This document shows positions 31,492-41,721 of a DNA stretch of 54,558 bases, piece after piece (the stretch's first letter is position 1; the number at the start of each line of letters is the position of its first letter). This stretch comes from an uncultured Gammaproteobacteria bacterium (GTDB taxonomy: Bacteria; Patescibacteriota; Microgenomatia; UBA10105; UBA927), in assembly GCA_964449585.1 (NCBI GenBank), contig CAYUZE010000003.1:76385-130942 (forward strand). The letters run 5' to 3'. Under the pieces are notes generated by a model that was given only the letters and a program-made list of their open reading frames with translations, ran no database searches and was not told where the DNA came from. The position numbers were made by a program, and so were the translations under genes.

Positions 31492-31533
31492 GTTTCTTAA
31501 CTTATTAAGGCACATTAAGCACATTAACACACA

Positions 31534-31842
31534 ATGCCAAAAGGTCGTATTCGTGTCAGGTTAAAAGCATATGACAGCAGGATCGTCGATGACTGTTGTC
31601 AAAAAATACTCGATACCGCAGTGAGAACGGGTGCTCGGGTTGTGGGACCGGTTCCCCTTCCTACCGACAAAACCCATTTCAATGTGGCACGGGCGACCTT
31701 TATCGACCGGAATAGCCGCGAGGACTTTATGATCAAAGTCCATAAGCGACTTATCGACATTGTGGAACCTACCGATAAGACCATTGATCAACTTATGCAT
31801 CTGGATCTTCCGGCGGGGGTGGATATTGAGATTAAGATGTAA
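31534..31842 (+). CDS. rpsJ: 30S protein S10
   Basis: IRVRLKAYD, GPVPLPT, HKRLIDI. Confidence 0.98.
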   Translation: MPKGRIRVRLKAYDSRIVDDCCQKILDTAVRTGARVVGPVPLPTDKTHFNVARATFIDRNSREDFMIKVHKRLIDIVEPTDKTIDQLMHLDLPAGVDIEIKM

Positions 31843-31843
31843 T

Positions 31844-31872
31844 TTGAGTTTGGAGAGATACTCTGGTATACT
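31844..31872 (+). promoter_or_regulatory. Internal sigma70 promoter upstream of rplC
   Basis: TTGAGT (31844-31849), 17-nt spacer, extended TGgTATACT (31864-31872). Confidence 0.65.
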
Positions 31873-31955
31873 TAAGAATCTTGATATGACGCGACAAAGC
31901 GAAATATCGGAAGTAACCAAAAGTCTCGGATGAGCGTGTCCCGACAAATTTCGGG

Positions 31956-31984
31956 AAAACGACCTCAACCGAGGTCGTTTTTTT
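31956..31984 (+). terminator. Terminator-like hairpin inside the rplC leader
   Basis: aaaacgacctc-aacc-gaggtcgtttt perfect 11-bp stem, T-run to 31984. Confidence 0.65.
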
Positions 31985-31997
31985 GTGGAATATCTAT

Positions 31998-32636
31998 ATG
32001 ATAACTGCTTTACTCGGTAAAAAAATTGGACAATCGCAAGCCTTTGATGAGAATGGCATGCGTATGCCTGTGACAAAAATACTTGCCGGTCCCAACTGGA
32101 TTACCGAAGTAGAAGATAAGGAAAGCTTCAAAAGCATTCAGCTCGGATTCGGTACGATCAAAAATCTTAGCAAAGCGGAAGCTGGACACTTAAAGAAAGC
32201 GGGGCTCGAAGACAAAAAGCTCCGCTTTTTACGTAGTTTTACGGTAAATGAAATCGCCGAAACCGAAAAACCCGGCGCACAAGTGGCGGTCGATGCCGTC
32301 TTTGCCGTCGGCGATGTTGTCCGGGTAACCGGTACCAGCAAAGGAAAAGGATTTGCAGGAGTGGTGAAGCGACATAATTTCCGCGGCGGACCGCGCAGTC
32401 ACGGTCAATCCGATCGGGAACGCGCACCGGGTTCCATCGGACAGACAACGACTCCGGGTCGGGTCTATAAAGGAAAGCGCATGGCGGGAAGAATGGGAAA
32501 TGACACCGTGACGCTCCGAAATCTTAAAGTAGTCGCCGTTGATCCGGCAACGCAGGTTATTACGGTCAAAGGATTGGTTCCCGGAGCGGTGAGCGGACTC
32601 GTCATCATTGCAAAAGAACCGGGTAAGAACAAATAA
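31998..32636 (+). CDS. rplC: 50S protein L3
   Basis: LLGKKIG, SKGKGFAGVVKRHNF, GKRMAGRMG. Confidence 0.98.
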   Translation: MITALLGKKIGQSQAFDENGMRMPVTKILAGPNWITEVEDKESFKSIQLGFGTIKNLSKAEAGHLKKAGLEDKKLRFLRSFTVNEIAETEKPGAQVAVDAVFAVGDVVRVTGTSKGKGFAGVVKRHNFRGGPRSHGQSDRERAPGSIGQTTTPGRVYKGKRMAGRMGNDTVTLRNLKVVAVDPATQVITVKGLVPGAVSGLVIIAKEPGKNK

Positions 32637-32638
32637 CT

Positions 32639-33343
32639 ATGGCAACAAAAACGACAAAATCAGTAAGTAAGGCAACAATAGCCGCCAAAAAGGAAACAAA
32701 GCCGGAAGTCAAAAAAGATGCCGGTCTTTCCGTGTCGGTTGTCGATGCCGCAGGCAAAGCCGGCGGTACCGTTGCTCTTACTCCCGAATTGTTCGGCGCG
32801 AAAGTGAATAAGGAATTATTGGCGCAGTCCGTTCGTGTGTATCTGGCCAACCAACGGGAAGGCGGAGCACGAAGCAAGACACGCGGTATGGTGGAAGGGT
32901 CGTCACGAAAGATTTATCGCCAAAAAGGTACGGGAAGAGCACGGCACGGGTCGATTCGCGCACATATCTTTGTCGGCGGAGGAGTGGTATTCGGTCCCGT
33001 CGGACGGGATTATCACCTCACCATGACCAAACAGATGAAGCGCGGTGCATTAGTGTCCGCATTAAGTGCCAAGAAAGACGATGTCATCGTTATTGACGGC
33101 CTGGAAGCGGTAGAAGCAAAAACAAAGCAGGTGGCAAAGTCTCTTACCCTCGCGGGAGCAACGGACAAAGTGTTATTGGTGCTTCCTACGGGAGCAACGG
33201 GACTTGCCAGAGCCGCGCGAAACATCGCATCCGTGAATTTGATCGGTGCCAAGGAATTACATCCGTATGCACTGGTGACTCACAAAAAGATTGTTTTTAC
33301 AAAGAAATCACTGGAAGAGAGCAAGGCGCATTTTACCAAGTAA
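32639..33343 (+). CDS. rplD: 50S protein L4
   Basis: RKIYRQKGTGRARHGS. Confidence 0.98.
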   Translation: MATKTTKSVSKATIAAKKETKPEVKKDAGLSVSVVDAAGKAGGTVALTPELFGAKVNKELLAQSVRVYLANQREGGARSKTRGMVEGSSRKIYRQKGTGRARHGSIRAHIFVGGGVVFGPVGRDYHLTMTKQMKRGALVSALSAKKDDVIVIDGLEAVEAKTKQVAKSLTLAGATDKVLLVLPTGATGLARAARNIASVNLIGAKELHPYALVTHKKIVFTKKSLEESKAHFTK

Positions 33344-33344
33344 T

Positions 33345-33641
33345 ATGAAACTTATTCGTCCGATCATTACTGAAAAATCCATGATGCTCGCCCAAAAAGG
33401 GTGGTATTCCTTTGCGATGCCGGCAAGCAGCAGAAAAGAAGGGATAGCGCGCGAAATCAACAATTTATATAATGTGACGGTTCGCGAAATCCGAACGATT
33501 CGCCGCAAGGGAAAAATGCAACGAACGGGACGGAAAGCGGTGCCGAAGCAACGACCCGATTGGAAGAAAGCAATGGTTCGTTTGGCAAAAGGGCAAAAAA
33601 TAGCGATATTCGATATCGGCGACCAGACAAAACAGGCATAA
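33345..33641 (+). CDS. rplW: 50S protein L23
   Basis: IRPIITEKS, WKKAMVRL. Confidence 0.96.
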   Translation: MKLIRPIITEKSMMLAQKGWYSFAMPASSRKEGIAREINNLYNVTVREIRTIRRKGKMQRTGRKAVPKQRPDWKKAMVRLAKGQKIAIFDIGDQTKQA

Positions 33642-33645
33642 CACT

Positions 33646-34401
33646 ATGAGTAAGATAACCGTACGATCATTGGTGACGATTCTCCCGAAAAAATCGGGGA
33701 GAGATATGTTCGGACACGTTTCCGTGCGCCATCAGGGCGGTCGCGAGAAGCGATTCTACCGAATTATTGATTGGAAGCGCGAAAAGGAGAATGTACCGGC
33801 GAAAGTACTGGACATAAGCTATGACCCGAACCGCTCGGCAGATGTTGCACTTTTGGGCTACCAAGACGGGGATAAACGGTATATACTGGCTCCTCTGGGT
33901 CTTAAGGTGAATGACGTTGTGTTGACGGGGAGTAACATTGACGCCAAAGTCGGCAATTGTATGCCGCTCGGGAGTATGCCCGTCGGCACCATGGTGCACA
34001 ATTTGGAAATAAAACCCGGAAGAGGCGCACAAATGGTGCGATCCGCAGGAAACGTTGCAACGGTTCTTGCCCGAGACGGCGCATTGGTACAGGTGAAACT
34101 CCCCAGCGGAGAAACCCGCGTATTCGATGCGGCAGCCCGGGCAACCGTCGGACAAGTCGGCAATATCGAATGGAAAAACCGTGTTATCGGAAAAGCGGGA
34201 CGAGCACGACATATGGGGAAGCGGCCGGAAGTTCGCGGTGTCGCCATGAATCCCCGGAGTCATCCGCATGGAGGAGGAGAAGGTAGAAGCGGTATCGGTC
34301 TTAAATCTCCCAAAAGCCCGTGGGGTAAAAGAACGCTCGGAAAAAGAACAAGAAAATTACGAAAATACAGTGACCGCTTTATTGTCGGTCGGAGGAAATA
34401 A
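33646..34401 (+). CDS. rplB: 50S protein L2 (N-terminally short)
   Basis: [22 protein letters not shown]. Confidence 0.98.
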   Translation: MSKITVRSLVTILPKKSGRDMFGHVSVRHQGGREKRFYRIIDWKREKENVPAKVLDISYDPNRSADVALLGYQDGDKRYILAPLGLKVNDVVLTGSNIDAKVGNCMPLGSMPVGTMVHNLEIKPGRGAQMVRSAGNVATVLARDGALVQVKLPSGETRVFDAAARATVGQVGNIEWKNRVIGKAGRARHMGKRPEVRGVAMNPRSHPHGGGEGRSGIGLKSPKSPWGKRTLGKRTRKLRKYSDRFIVGRRK

Positions 34402-34403
34402 TT

Positions 34404-34688
34404 ATGGCACGAAGCAGCAAAAAAGGACCGTATATTGACCCGCGAGTGCTTGCAAAAATTAACAAGCAAAAAGCGGGGGGAGATCGTGCGCCGATTAAAA
34501 CATGGGCACGGGCAAGTCAGATATCTCCCGAATTTGTGGGAGTGACGTTTGCCGTCCATAACGGTCGCGTATTTACCGAAGTTTTCGTTACCGAAGCCAT
34601 GGTGGGACATCGTTTGGGAGAGTTTGCTCCGACCCGAACGTTCCGCGGACATGGTCAGGTTACCAAGCGCGTTTTGGATAAGACCTAA
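34404..34688 (+). CDS. rpsS: 30S protein S19
   Basis: [21 protein letters not shown]. Confidence 0.98.
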   Translation: MARSSKKGPYIDPRVLAKINKQKAGGDRAPIKTWARASQISPEFVGVTFAVHNGRVFTEVFVTEAMVGHRLGEFAPTRTFRGHGQVTKRVLDKT

Positions 34689-34764
34689 TAGTATGTTCGT
34701 GACACACGTTACTTCGTCTCAAAAAAACGAAGAAGCGATGGAACGAAAAACGAAATAACGAACT

Positions 34765-35109
34765 ATGGAATACACAGCAACAGCAAAATATATTCGAACG
34801 AGTCCGCGAAAATTGCGGTTAGTTGCCCGTGCGATTTCAGGGAAGAAAGTAACCGTTGCATTGCAGGCATTGAGTGCCATGGCAAAACACGCATCGGAGC
34901 CGATGACCAAAGTCGTCGCTTCCGCACTCGCCAATGCGGTGCAAAAGAAAGCGGCCGCGGAAAATCTTATGATTGCGACCATTGATGTCATGGGTGCGCC
35001 GGTACTGAAACGATGGCATGCCGTCAGTAAGGGAAGCGCGCATGCATTTAAAAAACGAATGACGCATGTCAAAGTAGTACTGAAGGAAATGGAGAAGAAA
35101 GGTAACTAA
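34765..35109 (+). CDS. rplV: 50S protein L22
   Basis: YIRTSPRKLRLVA, SALANA. Confidence 0.96.
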   Translation: MEYTATAKYIRTSPRKLRLVARAISGKKVTVALQALSAMAKHASEPMTKVVASALANAVQKKAAAENLMIATIDVMGAPVLKRWHAVSKGSAHAFKKRMTHVKVVLKEMEKKGN

Positions 35110-35111
35110 TT

Positions 35112-35792
35112 ATGGGACAAAAAATTCATCCGTACGGATTTCGCTTGGGGCCATTGTACACGTGGGTGTCCCGATGGTTCGCCGACGACGCGCATTATGC
35201 AGATTTATTACTGCAGGATGTATTGCTTCGTGAGGCGTTGGCAAAGCGCTTAAAACCGGCGGGTCTCGCGCAAATCGAACTTGAACGGTCGATCAACAAG
35301 TTGCGGGTCATCTTGCACGTTTCACGACCCGGTTTGGTTATCGGTCGGGGAGGAACGGGGCTTGAAGAAGTCAAAAAGTTTATCGAAGCGGAGGTCATAA
35401 AGATTGCCCGGACACGAAAACTCGGCAAGGCGGCGTTTGATAAAACGAAAACAAAGATTGAAGTGGTAGTCGAACCCGTTAAAGAACCGAATTTGAGCGC
35501 ACATATCGTTGCCGTCAACATTGCCGATCAATTGATCAAACGGATGCCGCACAAGCGCATTTGTATGCAGACGCTTGATCGCGTAATGACGAGCGGCGCC
35601 AGAGGCGTCAAAATAAAGTTGGCGGGACGTATCGCGGGAGCAGAAATTTCCCGTCGCGAAACGTATAAGACCGGGACGATTCCGCTCTCAACGCTTCGTG
35701 AAGAAGTAGACTATGCTGAAGTACCGGCGCTTACGAAATCAGGATATGTCGGAGTAAAAGTCTGGATCTGCAAGAAAAACAAATCGTTATAA
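35112..35792 (+). CDS. rpsC: 30S protein S3
   Basis: [23 protein letters not shown]. Confidence 0.98.
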   Translation: MGQKIHPYGFRLGPLYTWVSRWFADDAHYADLLLQDVLLREALAKRLKPAGLAQIELERSINKLRVILHVSRPGLVIGRGGTGLEEVKKFIEAEVIKIARTRKLGKAAFDKTKTKIEVVVEPVKEPNLSAHIVAVNIADQLIKRMPHKRICMQTLDRVMTSGARGVKIKLAGRIAGAEISRRETYKTGTIPLSTLREEVDYAEVPALTKSGYVGVKVWICKKNKSL

Positions 35793-35796
35793 ACCT

Positions 35797-36213
35797 ATGT
35801 TAGCACCAAAACGAGCAAAACATCGAAAAGTATTCAGAGGCAAACGCCGCGGACTCGCGTTCCGGGGTTCGGTGCTCTCGTTCGGTGAATACGGTCTTAA
35901 GGCGATGGAATCCGGATGGGTGTCCAGCCGACAGATTGAAGCATCACGGCGCGCATTGACGCACCACATCCGACGCGGCGGTCGTGTTTGGATCAGGATA
36001 TTTCCTGACAAACCGATTACCAAGAAGCCGCCGGAAACCCGTATGGGAAGCGGTAAAGGAGATGTTGCGGAATACGTATGCGTCGTAAAACCGGGAAGAG
36101 TATTGTTTGAAATGTCGGGTGTTGACGCGACACTTGCCGCGGAAGCCATGCGGCTTGCCGGTATCAAATTGCCGATCAAATCTAAGTTCATTATGAAGGA
36201 GAAGACGGTATGA
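35797..36213 (+). CDS. rplP: 50S protein L16
   Basis: [18 protein letters not shown]. Confidence 0.98.
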   Translation: MLAPKRAKHRKVFRGKRRGLAFRGSVLSFGEYGLKAMESGWVSSRQIEASRRALTHHIRRGGRVWIRIFPDKPITKKPPETRMGSGKGDVAEYVCVVKPGRVLFEMSGVDATLAAEAMRLAGIKLPIKSKFIMKEKTV

Positions 36214-36419
36214 AAAAACGGGATCGCGATGAGATGCACGGCATGAAGCCGGAAGAATTGGTCAAGAAAGCATCTGATCTGAAAAAACAGATTGCTTCAG
36301 AGCGACTTAATTTGCTTACAAAAGAGGTCAAAAATAGAAGAGTGGCGAGGGAATTGCGAAAAAAGCGGGCGGTTGCATTAACGATAGCTCGCCAAAAAAT
36401 ACTCGCGCAAGGAAAGTAG
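36210..36419 (+). CDS. rpmC: 50S protein L29
   Basis: Position between rplP and rpsQ; small basic helical protein, divergent. Confidence 0.85.
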   Translation: MKKRDRDEMHGMKPEELVKKASDLKKQIASERLNLLTKEVKNRRVARELRKKRAVALTIARQKILAQGK

Positions 36420-36424
36420 GTATT

Positions 36425-36667
36425 ATGAAAAAACGAAAAGAATTTATCGGCACGGTCATTTCGACCAAAATGAAGGATACAATCGTCGTGGAAGTCGAGC
36501 GCATGACGCGTCATCCGTTGTACCGAAAGACGGTACGAAGTACCAAACACTTTGTCGCACACATTGAAAATGCCGTTGTCGAAGTGGGTGACTATGTTAA
36601 GATTGCGGAAACAAAGCCGATCAGCAAGACGAAGCATTTTTTGTTTATTGAAAAAGTATCGAAATAA
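36425..36667 (+). CDS. rpsQ: 30S protein S17
   Basis: G.VIS.KMKDTIVV, HPLY.K, KPISKTK. Confidence 0.98.
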   Translation: MKKRKEFIGTVISTKMKDTIVVEVERMTRHPLYRKTVRSTKHFVAHIENAVVEVGDYVKIAETKPISKTKHFLFIEKVSK

Positions 36668-36676
36668 TATTTACTT

Positions 36677-37045
36677 ATGATTCAACGACGTACCAGTTTA
36701 ACGGTTGCAGACAATTCGGGAGCCCAAAAGATGGTGGTTATCCATATCTATGGCGCCGGTCAAAAGACAACGGCAACATTGGGCGATGTGGTGCAATGTG
36801 TCGTCAAACAGGCTGACCCGCTGGGAATCGTAAAAGATGACGAGCTGGTACATGTGGTGATCGTCCGTGTGCGGAAAGAATATCACCGGGCAGACGGTTC
36901 CTACATTCGTTTTGACGACAATGCGGGAGTGGTCATTGATGATGCGGAGAACCCGAGAGGAACCCGCGTGTTCGGACCGATCGCCCGCGAAGTGAAGGAA
37001 AAAGGATTTGATAAAATTGCCAGTTTGGCGGTAGAGGTTTATTAA
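36677..37045 (+). CDS. rplN: 50S protein L14
   Basis: VADNSGA, IRFDDNA, GTRVFGPIARE. Confidence 0.98.
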   Translation: MIQRRTSLTVADNSGAQKMVVIHIYGAGQKTTATLGDVVQCVVKQADPLGIVKDDELVHVVIVRVRKEYHRADGSYIRFDDNAGVVIDDAENPRGTRVFGPIAREVKEKGFDKIASLAVEVY

Positions 37046-37046
37046 T

Positions 37047-37352
37047 ATGAAATACAAAAAAGGCGATACCATCATCGTAACGGTAGGACGGGACAAAGGG
37101 CACAAGGGAAAAATCGATAAGGTGCTCCCCGCACTGTCAAAAGTCGTCGTTTCGGGAGTCAACATGTCCAAAAGACACATGAAACGAAAAGACGAAAAGA
37201 ATCCGGGTGGGATTATCGATATCGTGAAACCGATTGATGTTGCAAAAGTGGCGATCGTCTGCCCTTCCTGCAATAAGCCGACTCGTGTGGGGTATGTTGT
37301 TGCCAAAAACGAAAAGGTACGGGTATGCCGAAAGTGCGGAAAGAAAATATAA
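37047..37352 (+). CDS. rplX: 50S protein L24
   Basis: KKGD...GRDKG.KG KOW motif; CPSC...CRKC. Confidence 0.97.
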   Translation: MKYKKGDTIIVTVGRDKGHKGKIDKVLPALSKVVVSGVNMSKRHMKRKDEKNPGGIIDIVKPIDVAKVAIVCPSCNKPTRVGYVVAKNEKVRVCRKCGKKI

Positions 37353-37354
37353 TT

Positions 37355-37903
37355 ATGAATACGCTATTTGAAACATACAAAAAAGAAATGGTGCCGCAGC
37401 TCATGAATGAGTTGGGGATTACCAACAAAATGGCCGTGCCGAAGCTCGTCAAGGTCGTCGTCAACTGCGGTATCGGTGCCGAGGCGCAGAAAGATAAGAA
37501 GATTATCGAAAAAGTGACGGAACAGCTCGGTATCATTACCGGACAACGGCCGCACATAACACGAGCCAAACAGGCTATTTCGTCCTTTAAGTTGCGTGCG
37601 GGAGATCCCGTCGGATTGCGGGTAACGCTGCGCGGGATGCGTATGTATGATTTTATTTTGCGGCTTACCATTGTGGCTCTTCCCCGTGTCCGTGATTTCC
37701 GGGGAATTCCCAACAAAGGGTTTGACGGTCGCGGGAACTATACCTTGGGGCTTTCCGAGCAGACATTGTTTCCCGAACTTGATTACGGATTGATCGATCG
37801 GGTGCGAGGTTTTGAAATAACATTTGTTACAAACGCTAAAAATGACAAAGGGGGAAAGACACTCCTTAAGGCATTAGGAATGCCGTTTGCAAAGGAGAAA
37901 TAA
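37355..37903 (+). CDS. rplE: 50S protein L5
   Basis: VPKLVKVVVNCG, ALPRVRDFRG, FDGRGNY. Confidence 0.98.
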   Translation: MNTLFETYKKEMVPQLMNELGITNKMAVPKLVKVVVNCGIGAEAQKDKKIIEKVTEQLGIITGQRPHITRAKQAISSFKLRAGDPVGLRVTLRGMRMYDFILRLTIVALPRVRDFRGIPNKGFDGRGNYTLGLSEQTLFPELDYGLIDRVRGFEITFVTNAKNDKGGKTLLKALGMPFAKEK

Positions 37904-37906
37904 TAT

Positions 37907-38092
37907 ATGGCAAAAACATCAGATGTCGTCAAATTTGAACACAAGCAGAAATTTAGTGTCCGGCACCGAAACCGCTGCGTTCTTTGCGGCAGGTCACGTG
38001 CATACATGCGCAAGTTTAAATTGTGCCGCATCTGTTTCCGGAAACTCGCTCACAAAGGCGAATTGCCGGGAGTAGTGAAGGCGTCTTGGTAA
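37907..38092 (+). CDS. rpsN: 30S protein S14 type Z
   Basis: RC..CGR...[15 protein letters not shown]. Confidence 0.98.
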   Translation: MAKTSDVVKFEHKQKFSVRHRNRCVLCGRSRAYMRKFKLCRICFRKLAHKGELPGVVKASW

Positions 38093-38104
38093 AGGAGTAA
38101 TTTT

Positions 38105-38500
38105 ATGATGATAAGCGACCCAGTCGGAGACATGTTAACACGCATCAGGAATGCGGCCCTTGCTCACAAGAAAAATGTGGAGCTTCCTTCCAGTAAGCTC
38201 AAGGTTGCCGTGGCAAAATTGCTCGTGAAGGAAGGGTATCTGACGTCCGCTGAAGAAGAAACGAACGAACAGGGACAGGTGTTGAAACTGGTGCTCACGT
38301 ACGAAGGCAAAGAACCGCTGCTTACGGGCATTAAACGAATCAGCAAGCCCGGTCTTCGCTGGTACATCAACAAAAAGAAAATCCCGATGGTCATGGGAGG
38401 CGCAGGCATTGCGATCCTTTCCACCCCGCAGGGTATTATGAGCGGCAAAGATGCGAAGATAAAAGGAGTAGGTGGAGAATTATTGTGTGAAGTTTGGTAA
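38105..38500 (+). CDS. rpsH: 30S protein S8
   Basis: DPVGDMLTRIRNA, ISKPGLR, GGELLC.VW. Confidence 0.98.
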   Translation: MMISDPVGDMLTRIRNAALAHKKNVELPSSKLKVAVAKLLVKEGYLTSAEEETNEQGQVLKLVLTYEGKEPLLTGIKRISKPGLRWYINKKKIPMVMGGAGIAILSTPQGIMSGKDAKIKGVGGELLCEVW

Positions 38501-38510
38501 GGAGTAACGT

Positions 38511-39071
38511 ATGTCACGAATTGGAAATTTACCGGTTGCAGTACCAAAAGATGTTACGATTACCCTTTCGGGGGATAAAGTAACGGTCAAAGGATCAAAA
38601 GGCGAGCTTATCGTTCCTATCCAGAACGGCATTGCCGTTTCCCAGGATGGCGAAAATCTTGTTGCCAAAAAGACCCGCAATGACAAAAGTACCCGAGCAG
38701 CGCACGGCACCGTCGTCGCGTTACTCAAAAATGCCATCATCGGGGTGACCAAAGGGTGGACAAAACAGTTGGAATTGACGGGAGTCGGTTATCGGTCCGC
38801 ACTTGCCGGAACGAATTTGACCTTGAATGTCGGATTCTCCCATCCGGTGACGATTACGCCGCCTACGGGTATTACCTTTGCCGTGACGGATGGAAAGATT
38901 GTCGTGAGCGGTATTGATAAATATCTTGTCGGTCAAACCGCCGCAACGATTCGCAACGTCAAACCGCCGGAACCATACAAAGGAAAAGGTATTAAATATA
39001 CCGGTGAACATATTCGTAAAAAGGCAGGTAAATCCGCCAAAGCAGTAGGAGGGGCTCCGGGAGCCAAATAA
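38511..39071 (+). CDS. rplF: 50S protein L6
   Basis: MSRIG, PEPYKGKGI. Confidence 0.98.
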   Translation: MSRIGNLPVAVPKDVTITLSGDKVTVKGSKGELIVPIQNGIAVSQDGENLVAKKTRNDKSTRAAHGTVVALLKNAIIGVTKGWTKQLELTGVGYRSALAGTNLTLNVGFSHPVTITPPTGITFAVTDGKIVVSGIDKYLVGQTAATIRNVKPPEPYKGKGIKYTGEHIRKKAGKSAKAVGGAPGAK

Positions 39072-39073
39072 CT

Positions 39074-39403
39074 ATGAAAACGAAGAAACAAATGCGGCTT
39101 AAGCGAAAATTGACGATCAGACGACGATTGAGCGGCACGGAAAGCCGACCGAGAATGTCGATTTTCCGCTCCAACACTCGCTTGTCCGCACAACTTATTG
39201 ACGATGAAAAAGCGGTGACCGTCGTTTCAAGTTGGGTCAAGGGCAAAAATATTGCCGCGGCAGTAAAGCTCGGAGAAACAATCGCCGCGCTTACCAAAGC
39301 AAAGAAAATTACCACCATTGTCTTTGACCGGTCGGGATATCGTTATCACGGCGCGATCAAAGCATTTGCGGAAACGCTTCGTAGCGGAGGATTAGTTTTC
39401 TAA
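39074..39403 (+). CDS. rplR: 50S protein L18
   Basis: RPRMSIFRSN, FDRSGYRYHG. Confidence 0.97.
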   Translation: MKTKKQMRLKRKLTIRRRLSGTESRPRMSIFRSNTRLSAQLIDDEKAVTVVSSWVKGKNIAAAVKLGETIAALTKAKKITTIVFDRSGYRYHGAIKAFAETLRSGGLVF

Positions 39404-39416
39404 AAAGGAGCATATT

Positions 39417-39893
39417 ATGATGAATACGCGAAGACCAGATAACAGACCCCCAAGCGAATTCGATGAAAAAGTCGTACAGGTTAATCGTGTTTCAAAAAAA
39501 ACCAAAGGCGGCAATAAAATCGGATTTTCCGTGCTCGTCGTTGTCGGCGACAAAAAAGGACGGGTCGGTGCCGGATTAGGCGGCGCCCCGGATGTCTCCG
39601 CCGCGGTCAAAAAAGCGGTGATTTATGCAAGAAAACATTTGGTAACGGTTCCGATGAACAAATCCACGATTCCGCATGTGGTATTCGTGAAACTGGGAGC
39701 GGCAAAAATCATGTTGAAACCGGCTCCTGCGGGAACGGGAGTTATCGCGGGCGGACCCGTTCGTGCGGTGGTTGAAGCTGCGGGTATCCGGGATATCGTT
39801 TCGAAGATTTTGGGAACCAGTAACAAAGCATCGAATGTCTATGCTACGATAGAAGCTCTCAAACAATTAAAAGCAATACATTCAGCAAAATAA
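39417..39893 (+). CDS. rpsE: 30S protein S5
   Basis: NRVSKKTKGG, PAPAGTGVIAGG. Confidence 0.98.
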   Translation: MMNTRRPDNRPPSEFDEKVVQVNRVSKKTKGGNKIGFSVLVVVGDKKGRVGAGLGGAPDVSAAVKKAVIYARKHLVTVPMNKSTIPHVVFVKLGAAKIMLKPAPAGTGVIAGGPVRAVVEAAGIRDIVSKILGTSNKASNVYATIEALKQLKAIHSAK

Positions 39894-39897
39894 TTCT

Positions 39898-40323
39898 ATG
39901 ATACACACCATGCCTACTACCGTTGATCGTTCACATAAGCGCCTCGGCCGGGGTCACGGTTCAGGTCGGGGAAAAACCTCGGGACGCGGAACAAAAGGGC
40001 AGAAAGCCCGGGGAACAATCCCTCCGCATTTTGAGGGAGGACAGCTCTCGGTAATGAAGCGGTTGCCGTATCTTCGGGGAAAACTGAGAAACAAATCACA
40101 CCACGAAAAACCGGCGCGGGTAAAAGTGGAACAATTGGCGACCTTGGCTGCGGGAACAAAGGTAACACTTGAAGTGTTAAAGAAACAAAACCTTGTTCCG
40201 CAGGATGCCTACGCGGCAAAAGTACTCGGTAACGGCAAACTGACTATTGCTCTCAATGTTCAGGTTGCCTGTTCGGAGGGTGCGAAATCAATCATCGAAA
40301 AAGCCGGCGGAACCGTTGCGTAA
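39898..40323 (+). CDS. rplO: 50S protein L15
   Basis: GRGHGSGRGKTSGRGTKGQKAR, FEGGQ. Confidence 0.98.
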   Translation: MIHTMPTTVDRSHKRLGRGHGSGRGKTSGRGTKGQKARGTIPPHFEGGQLSVMKRLPYLRGKLRNKSHHEKPARVKVEQLATLAAGTKVTLEVLKKQNLVPQDAYAAKVLGNGKLTIALNVQVACSEGAKSIIEKAGGTVA

Positions 40324-40363
40324 CACGAGCCTTGCGTTATCCTGAATCAGGATTACAAATGGT

Positions 40364-41653
40364 ATGAATTCACTTTTGACTGCCCTTGTAAATAGTTGGA
40401 AGTCACCTGAACTGCGAAGGAAAATCCTTCTCACCGCACTGATTTTTGTCATATTCCGAATATTTGCCCACACGCCGATTCCGGGTATTGATCGCGAAAA
40501 ACTTGCCCTGCTGTTTTCCCAAAACCAGTTCCTGGGACTTTTGGATATCTTTTCAGGAGGCACGCTTGTTAATTTTTCGATTCTTGCATTGGGGCTTAAC
40601 CCATATATCAACGCGTCCATCGTATTACAACTTCTCACCATCGTATTTCCGAAACTCGAAGCCCTACAAAAAGAAGGGGAGTACGGTCGGGAAAAAATTA
40701 ACCAATACACCCGTTTTCTCGCCGTTCCTCTTGCCGCGATGCAGGCGGTTGGTATGTATGTCCTCCTTCGCAATCAGGGAATCGTCGGAGTACTTGATCC
40801 GTTAACACTCATTTCGATCGTGCTTACCATGACTGCCGGGACGCTTTTTGTCATGTGGCTCGGGGAACTTATCACGGAGTACGGGGTAGGTAACGGGATA
40901 TCACTCCTTATTTTTGCGGGCATTGTAGGAAGGCTACCCGTGGTGCTTTTCCAAACGGCAAGCACCTTCCAGCCCGAGCAGCTGATGAATATGGTTATCT
41001 TCGGATTTGTGGCGCTTGTAGTTATCGCGGGAACGGTATTTATGAATGAGGCGGTCCGACGTATTCCCGTGCATTATGCACGACGAATCCGCGGCAACCG
41101 CATGTATGGAGGAAACACCTCCTATCTCCCGCTTCGCGTCAATCAGGCGGGTGTTATTCCCATTATCTTTGCGGTGTCGCTGGTGCTTATCCCGTCGCTT
41201 TTGGGAGGATTCATGCAACAGCTTAAGAATCCGACTCTTGCCGGTATCGGAAGATTTTTTACGACGGCATTTAACCCGGACGGCGTTTCATACAATGTCA
41301 TTTACTTTTTCCTTGTTCTCGGATTTACGTATTTTTATACGGCCATCACGTTTAATCCCACAAAGATAGCGGGAGAGATCCAAAAGTACGGCGGATTTAT
41401 CCCCGGTATTCGACCGGGAACACCGACGGCAAATTACCTTAACTATATCTTGACAAGAATTACGCTCGCAGGCGCCTTGTTTTTGGGAGTATTGGCGGTA
41501 TTTCCTTCGATAGCAAGAAGCATCTCCGGTCTCTCAACGTTACTCGTTGGAGGAACGGGAGTGCTGATCGTCGTCTCCGTTGTATTGGAAACCGTGAAAG
41601 CATTGGAAGCGCAGCTTGTCATGCGCAATTATGAAGGGTTCATGGATAAATAA
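40364..41653 (+). CDS. secY: Preprotein translocase SecY
   Basis: [29 protein letters not shown]. Confidence 0.99.
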   Translation: MNSLLTALVNSWKSPELRRKILLTALIFVIFRIFAHTPIPGIDREKLALLFSQNQFLGLLDIFSGGTLVNFSILALGLNPYINASIVLQLLTIVFPKLEALQKEGEYGREKINQYTRFLAVPLAAMQAVGMYVLLRNQGIVGVLDPLTLISIVLTMTAGTLFVMWLGELITEYGVGNGISLLIFAGIVGRLPVVLFQTASTFQPEQLMNMVIFGFVALVVIAGTVFMNEAVRRIPVHYARRIRGNRMYGGNTSYLPLRVNQAGVIPIIFAVSLVLIPSLLGGFMQQLKNPTLAGIGRFFTTAFNPDGVSYNVIYFFLVLGFTYFYTAITFNPTKIAGEIQKYGGFIPGIRPGTPTANYLNYILTRITLAGALFLGVLAVFPSIARSISGLSTLLVGGTGVLIVVSVVLETVKALEAQLVMRNYEGFMDK

Positions 41654-41721
41654 ATTGCATCGGTGTGTCGATGCGAAGAGAATAAATGATCGTATGGAGT
41701 AAGAAAGGCAACTCCACCAGT

